Below, piece by piece: positions 25,215 through 38,382 of a stretch of DNA of 64,000 nucleotides. Every line of letters starts with the position of its first letter. Position 1 is the first letter of the stretch. Origin of the DNA: Squalus acanthias. Lineage: Eukaryota. The translations under genes were made by a program, and so were the position numbers. The stretch spans positions 6,386,001-6,450,000 of the forward strand of contig CM059433.1 of assembly GCA_030390025.1 (NCBI GenBank), read 5' to 3'. Under the pieces are notes generated by a model, which did no database searches, was not told the DNA's origin, and was given only the letters and a program-made list of their open reading frames with translations.

Positions 25215-25385
25215 ATAGACTCATAGACAGTTTCCTAGCTGATAAGGGAATTAAGGGTTATGGGGAGCGGGCAGGGAAGTGGACGTGAGTCTAGGTTCGG
25301 ATCAGCCATGATCCTATTGAATGGCGGAGCAGGCCCGAAGGGTCGTATGGCCGACTCCTGCTCCTACTTCTTATGTTCTTATGAT
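25215..25385 (+). mobile_element. CR1 3' end
   Basis: gatcagccatgatcctattgaatggcggagcagg...ttcttatgttcttatg. Confidence 0.85.
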
Positions 25386-27266
25386 AGATCCAGACAAGTC
25401 GGTCAACTCAATGTGGAGGCATTAAATGAAGGACTGCAGGTCTTGGGCCACCGTTTGGAGAAATCATTGTCAATCGGATTGCAATGTTTACAGGGCAACG
25501 TCTTGAGAGTAAAGGGTATTTGATTGAATAGCTTCTGGGCACTGAAGGATCGTTCTGATTCCATGATGTCTCTTCTCCCACTGATCGCTGGTAACCAAAG
25601 TCTTGTTCCCAGTAGCAGTGGAGAAGCTTGTGTATGTGCTTCAGAACCTGCGTCTCCTCGTGGCAGAGAAGCATTCCGTCAGCTCCCTGCAGAAGCCTTC
25701 ACCTTTGCAGGTTCAGTCTGCCAAGGAGCCCATGACAGAGTGAACCTGTCCTGTGACAATCCCAGCAATTGGGGGTCCTGAGAGAAGGCCCATTTCCATC
25801 CCAAGAGACTCATATTATTGTACAGCCGACCAGGCCCTCGGATGGCATGCAGAAGAAGTGTTAGAAAAGGTCACAGAAAAACTTGCGTAGTCACAAGCGA
25901 TGTGCCAAATGATGGTTTCTGGAATTCCATGGCCCTTCTGCCGAACCCCCGTGGAAACTCACCCCCATGATTATACCTTAAAACAAAGGCAGATGATCCC
26001 ATTGCAGAATATTTGGTACTCCAGATCTAAGAAAGAATAAGCAAGTTAAAAATGTTACAGGCATGGTGAACGGGACTACAAAGTACAGAGACCATGAAGT
26101 TCCACAGGGGTGCCACCACAACTCCCGCATAAAACCGGTAGAACCTCCAAATGTGAGTTTTCTCACTGCCTTGTAAGGGGTGGAACCTCCATTCATCCAT
26201 TACAAGGCAAATGAGGGGCACGGGTTGGAACCAAGGTCAGGGACTCCCTAAGCTGAGAGCTCCTGCTCCTGAAGCTGACCCAGTGTTTGTGTAATGGCTG
26301 GTAAATTGTGTGAGTAGGGATGCACTGCCAATGGTGTATGTGGGCCCCACCTGTGGGGGGGTGGGGTGGGGGTGGTGGGGGGGGTCGGGTCTAGGCCAGG
26401 CAAGCAACCTAGACCTCTGAAAAAGAAGATTTATTTTGGAGAAAATTTAGCTAGATCAGCCTTCTTGTTTACAGTATTGAGAGGAACATTGGCAAGGTCA
26501 GGGGGTGGGAGGGCCCCCTTGACAACCCCTTCTCCCTTAGGCAGGCGGGTGCTGGAAGTTCCAGGGGGTCATGGGTCAGGGGAGATGTGCCTTAAGCGGC
26601 ACTTGTGCATGCCCAGCCCGTGAGGTCAGCACAGGAAGGCGCTGTTAGACACGATCTGGTGCAACTGCGGAGATCCCAACCCAAGGAATTTTGGGGCCAA
26701 AATATTTTGAAATCAAGACAGATGACTAAATGAAGGTAATTGTCCTTAAACTTTACACATTCAGACCCCTCCCCAAAGGAAGAGGTACATCAGTGATGTA
26801 TGAACTTCAGGCACATCCAGACTTTCAAACAGATAACTATATCACTATTGTCTTGTCTCCGAATCTGAGATTTATTGGTGCCCATAGGAAGACATTTTTT
26901 TCCCTGTCACTTAAATTATAATGAACACCAAATAAATCACAAAACAAATTACAGTTCTCTGTAAACTGAGACCCATTGTCTGAGGAAGGAATTTCCATCC
27001 AGTGAGAAATGAATCCTCTCCTGGTGCTGATACAATGTCTGGCAGCCCTACCCAACAGTCGCAAACTGCTGATTTAAATTCAGACACCATGCAGGAAGTC
27101 TCAAATCTCAAACATGTTTATGCACTAATTATACATGCAAATTTAAGGAACATGTGAGGAAATAAATTAATGCCAGGAATATTCCCTTTGCTCTTGTTGG
27201 GATATTTTTTGCTTATGTTGAGCTTCTTTTAGTTTGATTGGGCCATATGTTTCTTTCTTATACGAT

Positions 27267-27450
27267 GGCAAAATACTGCGGATGCTGGAAATCCGAAATA
27301 ACAACAGAAAACGCTGGAAAAACTCAGCAGGCCAGGCAGCATCCGTGGAGAGAGAAACAGAGTTAACGTTTCAGGTCGAAGACCTTTCGTCAGAACTGGA
27401 AAAAAGCAGGAAATGAAATAGATTTAAAGCTAGTTAAAGCTGGGAAAAGG
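27267..27450 (-). mobile_element. Short Penelope-like insertion
   Basis: Reverse complement of the 21480-21650 family; flanked by GTTTCTT(T/C)CTTATA direct repeats. Confidence 0.8.
27361..27397 (-). ncRNA. Minimal hammerhead ribozyme motif (family A), intact
   Basis: rc = AGTT-CTGACGA-A-AGGTC(ttc)GACCT-GAAA-CGT-T-AACT. Confidence 0.8.
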
Positions 27451-27467
27451 TTTCTTCCTTATATCAT

Positions 27468-27712
27468 GTGTCAGCTGTGGCTCAGTGGGTAGCGCCCTCG
27501 CCTCTGAGCCAGAAGGTTGTGGGTTCACAGTCCCCACTCCAGGGACTTGAGTACATATAAAGCTAGGCTGACACTCCAGTGCAGTGCTGAGGGAGTGCCG
27601 CGCTGTCGGAGGTGCCGTCTTTCAGATGAGACATTAAACTGAGGTCCTGTCTGCTCTCTCAGGTAGATGTAAAAGATCCCATGGCACTATTTTGAAGAAG
27701 AGCAGGGAAGTT
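27468..27712 (+). mobile_element. DeuSINE-like SINE, 3'-truncated
   Basis: Same head and core as 19716-20150. Confidence 0.85.
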
Positions 27713-27779
27713 AGTGGTTTGATGTAAGACATTTAAAAAGTCGTTAAAGTGTGAAGGGAGCACAGGGAGTGCTGAACGT

Positions 27780-29330
27780 TTGGGAGGCCTCTGAGAACAC
27801 CACTAGCTTCCAGTCCTTGGGGGCGCTAATTGCAGTCTCCTTTGGGCTGCAGCATGACATGGAGATGGAGCAGAGGCAGCAAGCTGCTCGCAGAGGGAGG
27901 AAGAAGCAAGAGAGGAGGAAGCAGAAGGAAGGAAGCAACCCAGACAGCCCCTTTCTGACTGGGATATCCGGGATTGAATCATCCGCCTGCGGTAACAGTG
28001 AACACAACCTCAATTCCCCTTTCAACGTTTGTCCCACACCTTACCTTCCCTCTGTTATTGAGCATCACCTCTTGGCCACAATGCTGAAATAAAAACCACC
28101 ACAAATCCAACTTTATTCATATATGCATCCAATATTACACGAAAAAATCAACTAATCACCCTTGAGCATTCCCTTAGTGACTGTCTTGCATGTGCCTTTG
28201 CCTATCCTAGTGATATCACGCAGTGCTACCCCAGTGGCTGCAGCATGGCTGGTGGAAGGTTGCTGACTTTCAGTGGGGGAGACTGCAGATGGCCTTGCTG
28301 GTCGACCTCGAGGAGCTGGTGGCTGGGAGTGTCAAATCGAGTGACGGCGTTTCTTCTTCTTCACTCTCCTCTCCCTCTTCTTGGTCACCCACTGGCTGGG
28401 CAGGCGGCATTTGCTGGGCGTGTGAAATGAGGAAAGCACAAGGGTAGGGTTGTGGTGAGGAGAGGGGGGTAAAGCAAGAGCTGCCTGCTTACACCACGCG
28501 TACCTTGTAAATCAGAAGGTATTGTGGGATGCGAGGGAAGTGGGATGTGAGAAGGAGGATAATGTATGAGGATACCGGCATCTTGTATTCTTTCAGCCCC
28601 GCTGCTGGCCAAGGGCTCAGCCATGCCCTTGCCAAGAATGGCCAGCATCGTCTCCTCCAAGAGGGTGAGGAGAAGCTAGGACTGCGAGGTGTGCCTCGTG
28701 TTTGGTAGAGATTGTTGGTAGGTGAGTGATGGAGGGTCGTGCATTGAGCAGTGTGTGAGGCTAGTGGTGCAGTTGGTAGGAGACGGCTTTTGAAGATGCA
28801 TTCACTGACCTTGACCAGTGGTCTGAGGTCATGAAACTTCTTTGGGCACTGCAGCCAGGTCCTTGGGGGGGGGGGGGGTGCGACACTGCTGGCAGTGACC
28901 GCCTCGGCGATCTGGTCCCACATCCTTCTTTCTGGAGGATCTCCTGACCCCCTGTGGGTCAAGGACCTCTCTTCCAGTGTTCACTCGCTGTACAAAGGCC
29001 TCGAGTGCTGCGTCCGAGACCCTGGGTGCTCTTTCCCTGGCCTGTTGAGCCATTTGGGCTGGTGCTGAAGCACTTTCAACATATTGGATCAGCTGAAGGC
29101 AGCTCACCTTTAAGAGGTGCAGATTGCCTTTATGAGACGCAGGCTAACTTTAAGTAAAGCTTTAAGTAAAGCTAGCCATGCTCGAACATGGAGAACTTCG
29201 ACCCTCTGCTGACCGCACAGCCTGTCGGCAACGCATTCCGAGCTGGGCTGTGTGCGATGATCATTATAATTAGCAGGCAGCACAAATGCTGCGCCCAAGC
29301 CCATTCTTCTGCATTATTGAATTTCACCCC
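27780..29330. mobile_element. Harbinger double-deletion derivative (core-less transposase on +, shortened Myb on -), copy 1
   Basis: Myb exon 1 MAQQARERAPRVSDAALEAFV...RTWLQCPKKFHDL at ~29053-28810; right end GAATTTCACCCC; paralogous to 39180-40300. Confidence 0.8.
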
Positions 29331-29449
29331 GTTCATGTTTGCCTGAGAGCTTGGTTCTGATTCTTATCTGAGTAAGGGGAGGGGTGTTTGGACACTGAAA
29401 GCATTGGCATGAACGTTTTTATACATGTTTTCATCCTATATATTTTATT

Positions 29450-29882
29450 TACGAGGATGTTGCCAGGACTGGAGAATTTTAGCTGAGGAAAGATTGGATA
29501 GGCTGGGGTTGTTTTCTTTGGAGCAGAGGAGGCCGAGGGGAGACTTAATTGAGGTGTATAAAATTATGAGGGGCCCAGATAGGGTGGATAGGAAGGACCT
29601 GTTTCCCCTAGCAGAGAGGGTCAATAACCAGGGGGCATAGATTTAAAGTAATTGGTAGGAGGTTTAGAGGGGAGTTGAGGAGAACATTTTTCACCCAGAG
29701 GGTGGTGGGGGTCTGGAACTCACTGCCTGAAAGGGTGGTAGAGGCAGAGACCCTCATCACAGTGCTTGGATGTACACTTGAGGTGCCATGACCTACAGGG
29801 CTATGGACCAAGAGCTGGAAAGTGGGATTAGACACGATGGGCCGAATGGCCTCCTTCTGTGCCGTAAATTTCTATGATTCTA
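29450..29882 (+). mobile_element. CR1 LINE 3' fragment
   Basis: EERLDRLGLFSLEQRR.RGDLIEVYKIM. Confidence 0.9.
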
Positions 29883-31079
29883 TATTATAGTTGCATACAT
29901 TTCTTAATTATTCTATTGATTTTTTTTTTCTAAATTGAGATTATTTGTGAATCCGCATCTGGCTTTAATTCTATTAAAATATTTACGAGGGGCGGTACCA
30001 TGGAATGGTGGGATGTAGGTTAGTACCAATGATTCCCCACACAGCAAGGGTCAGGTCGCAACCGCATTATCCTGGGCAGCATTGAGTGGATGTCAGGCAT
30101 CTTCACACAGGGAGGGAGTAAAATTGGAGGGAGGATCTTCTGTGGCTTCTCTTTTCACGCCTCCTAACAGCTAATTTCAGAGCAGCAATGGAAGAGCCTT
30201 GGGAGTAAGTCGCACAAAATCACTTTCTTGACCAGAGCATGTGGTGGGGGCCTTAGGAAATGGGAAAGGAAAACTAACAACTTTAAAAGAATAAAAAATG
30301 AGGCAACATGAATGTCAGATTTTAATCTGCTCCGTATTGTATTCCCAGGGTTTATGATTCGGCTGTTATATCAAAATTATTAGCTGCCATCAGTGCATCA
30401 AGAAAAGATTAGTTGCAACATTAGATTGCCCTCAAAACTGGAACCAGCTATACTTACACAGAAGCAAACTGGGAGCATGCTTGAGGAGCATCAGGCCCTG
30501 GAGACTTAAATGTACCAGCTGTAGCAGGGGTGGTTGGAAACCTAACCCAATGAATACAAGTCTGTTCATGTTTATGGGACCTTCTGGAAAGAAAGGGCTT
30601 GATTTGAAAATAACAAACAACAGAAGAGCAAATAACACGAACAAGTCGTTTTTTTGTGAAAGCCCATATAAAGTTCGCTTTGTTCAAAGCAATTTCAGAT
30701 TTATTGGAACAGCATCCAAATGATGCTGAAAAGCACATGGCAAAAGCTGCTATCATTTGATTTATTCCCATTTAGAGTTACAACATGCCTATGTGAAATC
30801 TGTTTTCATTTCTTTAATTAGGACACGCCACGCCAGAAATTAGACCAGTAAATATTTATTTAACGAAAGAATGTCACAACAGACTTGTGATTTATCTTGC
30901 AGGAGCCAAATGCTGTCATGAGGGAACTGTCACGTGGACTGAGGCTCTGAAGCTGCTTCCTTTAGCAATCCCTCGATAATCGAGTAAGATTATTTCTCAC
31001 CATAAAAAAAAAGATTTAAGATTTAAATTGGCCAGGTCTTTGGCGAGCATTTGTGATAGCTTTGTAAACCGATCCTGGA

Positions 31080-31260
31080 GGAACATATTTGAGACCACAA
31101 AAGGGACATGCGAAAGACAACCCAGTTGATGGTGCAGTTGTGGCCATTTCTCTTCCCTCTTTGGCAATACGAGCTTGTTCAAACTCGTCAACTCCCTGCC
31201 TGAACACGGACCTGCAAACCTTGTTGAAAGATGCGTGTTTCTCCTCCACTCTGCTCTCTT
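31080..31260 (-). mobile_element. Possible ancient RTE-like ORF C-terminus
   Basis: CRSVFRQGVDEFEQARIAK...SFACPFCG resembles WRRSIREGAEHLESLRRE...TVCPTCG of the RTE copies. Confidence 0.35.
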
Positions 31261-31968
31261 ATGGTTTAAAAAAAGAGGCACCTTCTTCGAGCAAACATAT
31301 TGGAAAGCTTTTTGTTTGCGTTTGGATGAGCCAAAAACAATCGGCAGCTTTTCCTGTTGAGTGAAACATTGTATGCAAATTGCACGATGATGTGTTTCAA
31401 TGCGATTTCTATCACTGTGCTCTCTGTCTTGTTTGCAAACAAATCGCAAAAGGGTTGTCAAACACGTTTTCGTGATGACTGTACCCTTTTAACAACTTTG
31501 TAGCTAATTTTCTATATATTTGCTACCCTGCAAGGTTATTTATGGAACTGTTATTTTCCTACAAATGATCCCTGGAGAGTTCTATTGACACGAGTTATTT
31601 ACTTTAACACGGGGGATGCAGGGATACAAGGAGGATGGGGACAGGAAGGTGGAGTTCAAAGGTGCACCATCTTCATGAAAAAGCATTTGATAACCATTTA
31701 TTTATGCCGTTGCAAGCAAATGATGTGATAAGATAAATTGGACTGAAACATCTCATTGTGCCGTATCATCAATCCTTACTGGGACAAAGCAGATAGCTCA
31801 TCTTCCACCACAAGCAGCGTAATGTTTCATTTACTTGTCCATGAGGATGCCACCCCTTCTGGAAGGAAGACAAAGAGACATTAGGGTGAATCTACCTGTC
31901 CCGGCTCTGTCTGGAGAAACTGGTACGAAGGTGGTCCCTGCCAGGCAGTGGCGGAGCTAGGTTTGGCC

Positions 31969-32790
31969 AATGGGGGAGCGGGGGGAATGGGGGAGCAGGG
32001 GGAATGGGGGGGCGAATGGGGGAGCGGGGGGAATGGGGGAGCGGGGGGAATGGGGGGGAATGGAGGAGTGGGGGGAATGGGGGGCGAATGGGGGAGCGGG
32101 GGGAATGGAGGAGTGGGGGGCGAATGGGGGAGCAGGGGGAATGGGGGAGCGGGGGGAATGGGGGGCGAATGGGGGAGCGGGGGGAATAGAGGAGTGGGGG
32201 GAATGGGGGGGGAATGGGGGAGCGGGGAGAATGGGGGGGAATGGAGGAGTGGGGGGAATGGGGAAGCAGGGGGGAATGGGGGGGAATGGGGGAGCAGGGG
32301 GGAATGGGGGAGCGGGGGGGAATGGGGGAGCAGGGGGAATGGGAGCAGGGGAAATGGTGGAGCGGGGGTAATGGGGGAGCGGGGGGAAATGGGGGAGCAG
32401 GGGGGAATGGGGGAGTGGGGGGGAGTGGGGGGAATGGGGGAGTGGGGGGAATGAGGGAGCAGGGGGAATGGAGGAGCGGGGGGAATGGGGGAGCATGAGG
32501 GGGATGGGGAGCAGGGGGAATGAGGAGGAATGGGGGAGTGGGGGGAATGAGGGAGCAGGGGGAATGGGGGAGCGGGGGAATGGGGGGGAATGGGGGAGCA
32601 GGGGCAATGAGGGAGCAGGAGGAATAGAGGAGTGGGGGGAATGGGGGAGCGGGAGGAATAGAGGAGTGGGGGGAATGGGGGAACGGGGGGAATGGGGTGG
32701 GGGGAATGGGGGAGCGGGGGGGAATGGGGGAGCGGGAGGAATAGAGGAGTGGGGGGAATGGGGGAACGGGGGGAATGGGGTGGGGGGAAT
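31969..32790 (+). repeat. G-rich minisatellite, ~(GGGGGAAT GGGGGAGC)n
   Basis: Alternating G-runs with AAT and AGC/AGT linkers over ~820 bp. Confidence 0.95.
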
Positions 32791-34307
32791 GGTCGGGGGT
32801 GTGGTCAAACTCAAGATGATGTCCAAAGACTGAGCCAGGAACCACACAGACTCGCAGGCTGAACCTGGAGGCCGAAGACAGGTGACAGGAGGTTCCTGGG
32901 AGCTAAATAAAGGTGGTCCCCCAAAGCCAAGTTGGCTTACCTTAAAATGCTTGGGGACCCCCTGACCCCCGTCACTGCTGCCGGCCCCAGTAGCTGAGCA
33001 TCCGTACTGATCCTCAGCTCTCAGTTAAATGTCGGAGGCACCAGTGGGCACACTTGGCTGTAGCCATAAATAGATATCTGGGTGCATTCTGGGTCATAAA
33101 GGCACCGTCAAAGGGGCAAGCACAATTATCGTCCCATGGGAAAGCCAGAAGAAATAAGTTTGCAAGTAATGGAACAGGATTATTATCTGGACACCATCTG
33201 ATGGAGAACGGTAAGTTTTTGAATTAATGTATGTGCGTCAGAAGCTGTAAATTGGTTGGTGGTCTTTACATTGATTTAAAAGTTCCGTACCCTGTGAGTG
33301 AGTGCGTGCTTTTGTGCCATGGCTGGATTGGTGGCGGCAGCACCCCAGTCAGCTGACTGGGCACCCCGACATGTCTGCCTTGCAAAGAGCTGATAAGAGG
33401 GTGAGCAGTCGGTGGAGGAACAGCAATATCGAGTTATGAAGAACGATGCTGCAGTCGCAAGAGGAGGGGGCTGGATTTACTGTGAGGCTTCTCTTTCTAT
33501 GGAGCAGTTGCACAGTCATGAAGGGGAGGTGGGATTCTCCTATGGCAGAGAAACAGGTGTTTGTAGCAGAGGGAGTGGCCGGGCAAAGGACTTAAGCAAC
33601 TGTCAAAGGGGCTTTGCAGTTGTTTCCCCTTGTCTGCCTCCTAAATAAACCACATCACAAATGGGCAGGCGGCCCAGCACTAAACATGGCCTCCGTCGCA
33701 AAGTGTAAAATACCAGCAGCATTCGGCAACAAGTACAGAAGCAGCGAAACTACTTTTTATTTCAAAAAGTCAAAAATAAAGATCTTCCAGGGGCAACACC
33801 AGCCTGTCCCCTAGACGAAACAGCAGCTCTGGGATCGGTTCGGCCAGGTTTTAGTGGGAGCAGTTGCCCCTGAACTACACCCGACGCTATTGGAGGAAGT
33901 TCGAATGCAGAGAGGTCTCGGGCCTTCAGTTGTGTGAAATTTACATTGCTGCAGTCTTCTCGGACTCAGACAGGTGCAAACATCAGAAAAGCCATAGAGG
34001 AAGTTCATGTGCAATGCTGTTCGGGAACACAATCGGAGCAAAGGATTAGCACCCATTCTTCCTTTGTGCCTATTTTGGGCGCTACTTAGAAGCAGGACGG
34101 AGGCAAATTCTTCCCCATTTTCTACTCAATTGAAAATTGCAGCAAGAGCTCTTGGGGTTCCTACCCTTCTACTAGTTTGTATAACCATTTTCACAATTTA
34201 TTTGCCTCAGTGTTGATCAGATATGGTCGTTTGGAACAGAAGAAAATTTCCAATTCCTGTACAGTCGAGCGAGTTGACATCATCCCAAGTTAGCCCTTCT
34301 CAACTGA

Positions 34308-34515
34308 AGTGAGAAGTCGCACAACACCAGGTTATAGTCCAACAGCTTTATTTGAAATCACAAACTTTCGGAGCGTCAGGTGAACTTTACCCGACGAAGG
34401 AGCAGCCGCTCCGAAAGCTTGTGATTTCAAATAAAGCTGTTGGACTATAACCTGGTGTTGTGCGACTTCTCACTTTTGTCCACCCCAGTCCAACACCGGC
34501 ATCTCCGCATCATGG
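34308..34515. mobile_element. Fold-back Neptune pLTR insertion with a hammerhead variant (34387-34424)
   Basis: ~65-bp inverted arms; TTAC-CCGACGA-A-GGAGC(agcc)GCTCC-GAAA-GCT-T-GTGA; flanking repeat TTCTCAACTGA. Confidence 0.85.
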
Positions 34516-34599
34516 CCATTTCTCAACTGAGTTAGTGACTTGCCTCCTCAGGTTGAAGGCAAGATCTGCCTACAGTCGCTGGTTGTCCTTTAACTAGAG

Positions 34600-34795
34600 T
34601 GTGGAGAGTAATTGGGGACTCTGCAGAGAGAGGTGTCATCAGCAAAGAGGTCAATGTCACTCTTGCTGACCAACAATTATTGATAATGCCAAGGAACAGG
34701 TTGGGATCAAGCATGTTTCCCTGAATTACCCCTGTAGAAGACAGACATCCATTTATCATAACCTGGTGCTTCTGTCCTCTGTCAAAGCAGATCAT
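34600..34795 (-). mobile_element. Ancient LINE RT fragment (CR1/L2 group)
   Basis: QVMINGCLS..GVIQGNMLDPNLFLGIINN, then frameshifted DIDLFADDTSL. Confidence 0.7.
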
Positions 34796-35687
34796 CTGTT
34801 CAGCAGCTCAGCTAAAAGCCAAAAATGAAATTTGTAATAGCCAAATAAATATTTGGAACACACAGGAAGAATAATATATTTATTAAGAGCTGTAATGTCA
34901 CAAAGTGGTCCCTCAGAGCTTTGTACTTGTACATCCTAATTAATAGATTAATTTCATAGGGATATCAATAAGGGATTTCGCAGTTTCTAGGCCTCAGTTG
35001 CAGTTTTCATCCAAATACAAATGTGGCGAAACTTGCTTTCAACTTCTCCACAACTGATTCATCTCCAAATCCTTTCAGCTCAGATTCAGTTCCATCCCAT
35101 TCTTAAATCTGACGACATATTCTTGGCTAAACTGCCAACATGGCCTCTGAGCATATTTCAGATTGGTGGGAGAGAGAAAGAAAGTCGACTGGAAATAATA
35201 TGCACTGGTGAAATATAACGGTGCGTGTAAGCAGCTTGAAAGTTGGACCGTGTGGCCTTTTCTTTCTTTATTCTTTTCAACACACTGTTGTTATTCCAAA
35301 ACAATGGGGGAAATCATTTTTGTGGATCTCGCCTGATCTCTGGCCAACAACTTCGGTGGGAGATTGTGACAAGGCCCAGTGAAATGGTGTAAATGACTGT
35401 TTACGCCATTTCTCCAAGGTTTCCGTCGATCTTCTGCTGAAGTTATGGTGGGTGATCGGGAGAACCTCCTGCAGAAATTCCATGCCAACACACGTTATGT
35501 AGCGCGCACGGGGTAGAATTTCCACGGCCAGGTTCTTCCGGGTTTTCTGCCATAACTTTGATGGAACCCCCCAAGAAATGGCTGCTAACGCCTCATCTCT
35601 GGGGTTTTACTGATATTACGGTGGACGATTGGGAGAATTCCCATGGAAATTCCAGGTGCATATCTTTACTCACGTGATGATGCGTAG

Positions 35688-36155
35688 TGTCAGCCGTGGC
35701 TCAGTGGGTCGCACACTCGCCTCTGAGTCGGAAGGTCGTGGGTTCTAAGTCCCCACCCCAGGGACTTGAACACATAAAGCTAGGCCGACACTCTCCAGTG
35801 CAGTGCTGAGGGAGTGCCACACTGTCGGAGGTACTGTCTTTCGGATGAGATGTTAAACCGAGGCCCCGTCTGCTCTCTCAGGTGGATGTAAAAGATCCCG
35901 CGGCACTATTTTGAAGAAGAGCAGGGGAGTTCTCCCCGGTGTCCTGAGTCAATATTTATCCCTCAACCAACATAATAAAAACAGATGATCTGGTCACATT
36001 GCTGTTTGTGGGAGCTTGCTGTGCGCGAATTGGCTGCCGTGTTTCCCACAGTACAACAGTGACTACACTTCAAAAGTTCACTTCATTGGCTGTAAAGTGC
36101 TTTGAGACGTCCAGTGGTCATGAAAGGCGCTATATAAATGCAAGTCTTTCTTTCT
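35688..36155 (+). mobile_element. Full-length DeuSINE-like SINE
   Basis: tRNA-like head, core, L2-like tail, (CTTT)n. Confidence 0.88.
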
Positions 36156-36246
36156 TTAACCTCCCAGGCAAAGGTACAGATTTGGTACGCTAGTGACTTT
36201 ATTCCCCAGTATGCCAAAGTGAATCTACATCCCATTAATCTTAATA

Positions 36247-36610
36247 CAGGAAACTCTTTATTAACCGGCACCCAAATATCCGGAAATCTCTCTTAACCGG
36301 CAAAATTCTTGAGTAGGTAACCGGGGTTTTCCTTCATCTCTCGTTTAAGATTAACTTTAAAAAAAAACCCGAGGCGTTTGCCTTGTATCGGAGCGTGTAG
36401 ATTGGGAGGGGAATGTGCAGCCCGGGTAGGCAGCGGACACGACAGATGGTCAGCTGGCGGTCCCCGGGGAGACGGAGCTCCGAATGCAGGCGCATGTCAG
36501 TGTGTACGGGGCTCTCGTACGTTGGGAGATATAACTCTCCGTTATCCAGACTTTTTGATTAACCGGCACCACGTCGGTCCCGTCGGTGCCGGTTAATAAA
36601 GAGTTTCCTG
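36247..36610. mobile_element. Tigger/pogo-type MITE
   Basis: Perfect 26-bp TIR CAGGAAACTCTTTATTAACCGGCACC; TA TSD; empty site visible in the inverted paralog at ~37360-37377. Confidence 0.92.
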
Positions 36611-37469
36611 TACTATTTTCAAAATAATAACTATAATTTATTTATTTTGCTATCTATGGAATTTATGCAACAACGAAAAGACAGTCAAGTGATTATTGAC
36701 AGCTGGTGCCCAGCCGAGAAATCAGGGTCTTCTATAGAAGATTGTTAGATTTATATGGCATTTCAGACAGAAGAAATATTGCACTGCTAAAAAACGTCCA
36801 AAGCTATGAGTGTGGAACTGACTACTAGATTATACTCAGTTACCTAATGTTCTGTTAATTTGGTTTTATCTACAAACATAATAGCAAACCCTTTGGACAG
36901 TTAATCATCGCTGGAGGGGACATATATTGGATCATTACGTCCCGCGCCCGATCTCGTCTGAAAGTGCGGCGTCTGCCAAATTGGAAGCTGGAGACTTGTA
37001 GGTATGCAGAGCCTGAGACTGGCGTGAGACGCCTTGCAGATGCAAATATGGGGTCCTAACACCAATTGTCGGAACTTGACTGAAATTGGTCAGTAAATGG
37101 GCGGAGCTTGCGCCCCGCACGCTCCAATCAGTTGTTCCAGTTTCTGTGCGGCCCAACCAGTGAACCTTAAAGTGACTCCACTTCAAAAGTACTTCATTGG
37201 CTGTAAAGCGCTTTGAGACGTCCGGTGGTCGTGAAAGGCGCTATAGAAATGCAAGTCTTTCTTTATTTAACCTCCCAAGCAAAAAATCTCTTGACTGTCT
37301 TTCTGTTGTTGCATAAATTCCATAGATAGCAAAATAAATAAAATATAGTTATTATTTTGAAAATAGTATGAAGATTAATGGGATGTAGATTCACTTTGGC
37401 ATACTGGGGAATAAAGTCACTAGCGTACCAAATCTGTACCTTTGCCTGGGAGGCCGCTCAAAAAAGGTA

Positions 37470-37675
37470 TAAGAACATAAGAATTAGGAGCAGGAGTCGG
37501 CCATTCAGCCCCTCGAGCCTGCTCCGCCATTCAATAAGATCGTGGCTGATCTTCTACCTCATCTCCACTTTCCTGCACTATCCCCATATCCCTTGATTCC
37601 CTTAATATCCAAAAATCTATCGATCTTTGTCTTGAATATGCTCAATGACTCAGCCTCCACAGCCCTCTGGGGTAT
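37470..37675 (-). mobile_element. CR1 3' end
   Basis: Matches 1891-2090. Confidence 0.88.
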
Positions 37676-37874
37676 GAAAACTTCTTAACAGTTTCATTTT
37701 TTGTAGAGCCAGGAGGAGCAGCTCCACAAAAATAATGGGAGGCGCTGACGTTCCAGACCCATCTCCCACCACAAAGAACTCGAGCAAATTAACTGTTTGG
37801 AAATGAGGGATGATGAGCTATTGAAAGGACAGCAGTTGCTGCTGTGCTATTACAGATATCATGGGCCATTAGAG

Positions 37875-38350
37875 GAAAAGAAAGAAAGACTAGCATTTAT
37901 ATAGCGCCTTTCACGACCACCGGACGTCTCAAAGCGCTTTACAGCCAATGAAGTACTTTTTGAAGTGGAGTCACTGTTGTAATGTGGGAAACGCGGCAGC
38001 CAATTTGCATACAGCAAGCTCCCACAAACAGCAATGTGATAATGACCAGATAATCTGTTTTTGTTATGTTGGTTGAGGGAGAAATATTGGCCCCAGGACA
38101 CCGGGGATAACTCCCCTGCTCTTCTTCGAAATAGTGCCATGGGGATCTTTTACGTCCACCTGAGAGAGCAGACGGGGCCTCGGTTTAACGTCTCATCTGA
38201 AAGACGGCACCTCCGACAGTGCAGCACTCCCTCAGCACTGCACTGGAGTGTCAGCCTAGTTTTATGTGCTCAAGTCCCTGGAGTGGGAACTTGAACCCAC
38301 AACCTTCTGACCCAGAGGCGAGTGTGCTACCCACTGAGCCACGGCTGACA
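37875..38350 (-). mobile_element. Full-length DeuSINE-like SINE
   Basis: Reverse complement of 35688-36155. Confidence 0.9.
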
Positions 38351-38382
38351 AAGAGGAAGCAAAGAGACAATATAAAAATATT

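Larger units (their letters stand above)
21945..26698 (+). mobile_element. Old Harbinger with a degenerate 3-exon Myb/SANT gene and several nested insertions
   Basis: Imperfect TIRs GGCCTGGAAATTCC / rc GGCCCCAAAATTCC; exon 1 ~22217-22459 (FSQADVKVLL...W...RTSFNCWKLFDDL), exon 2 ~22991-23130, exon 3 from ~23707. Confidence 0.65.

Noticed and set aside
31892..32847. Pro-rich and Gly-rich ORFs of up to 317 aa
   Set aside because: Translations of a stop-poor G-rich minisatellite, open in several frames on both strands.
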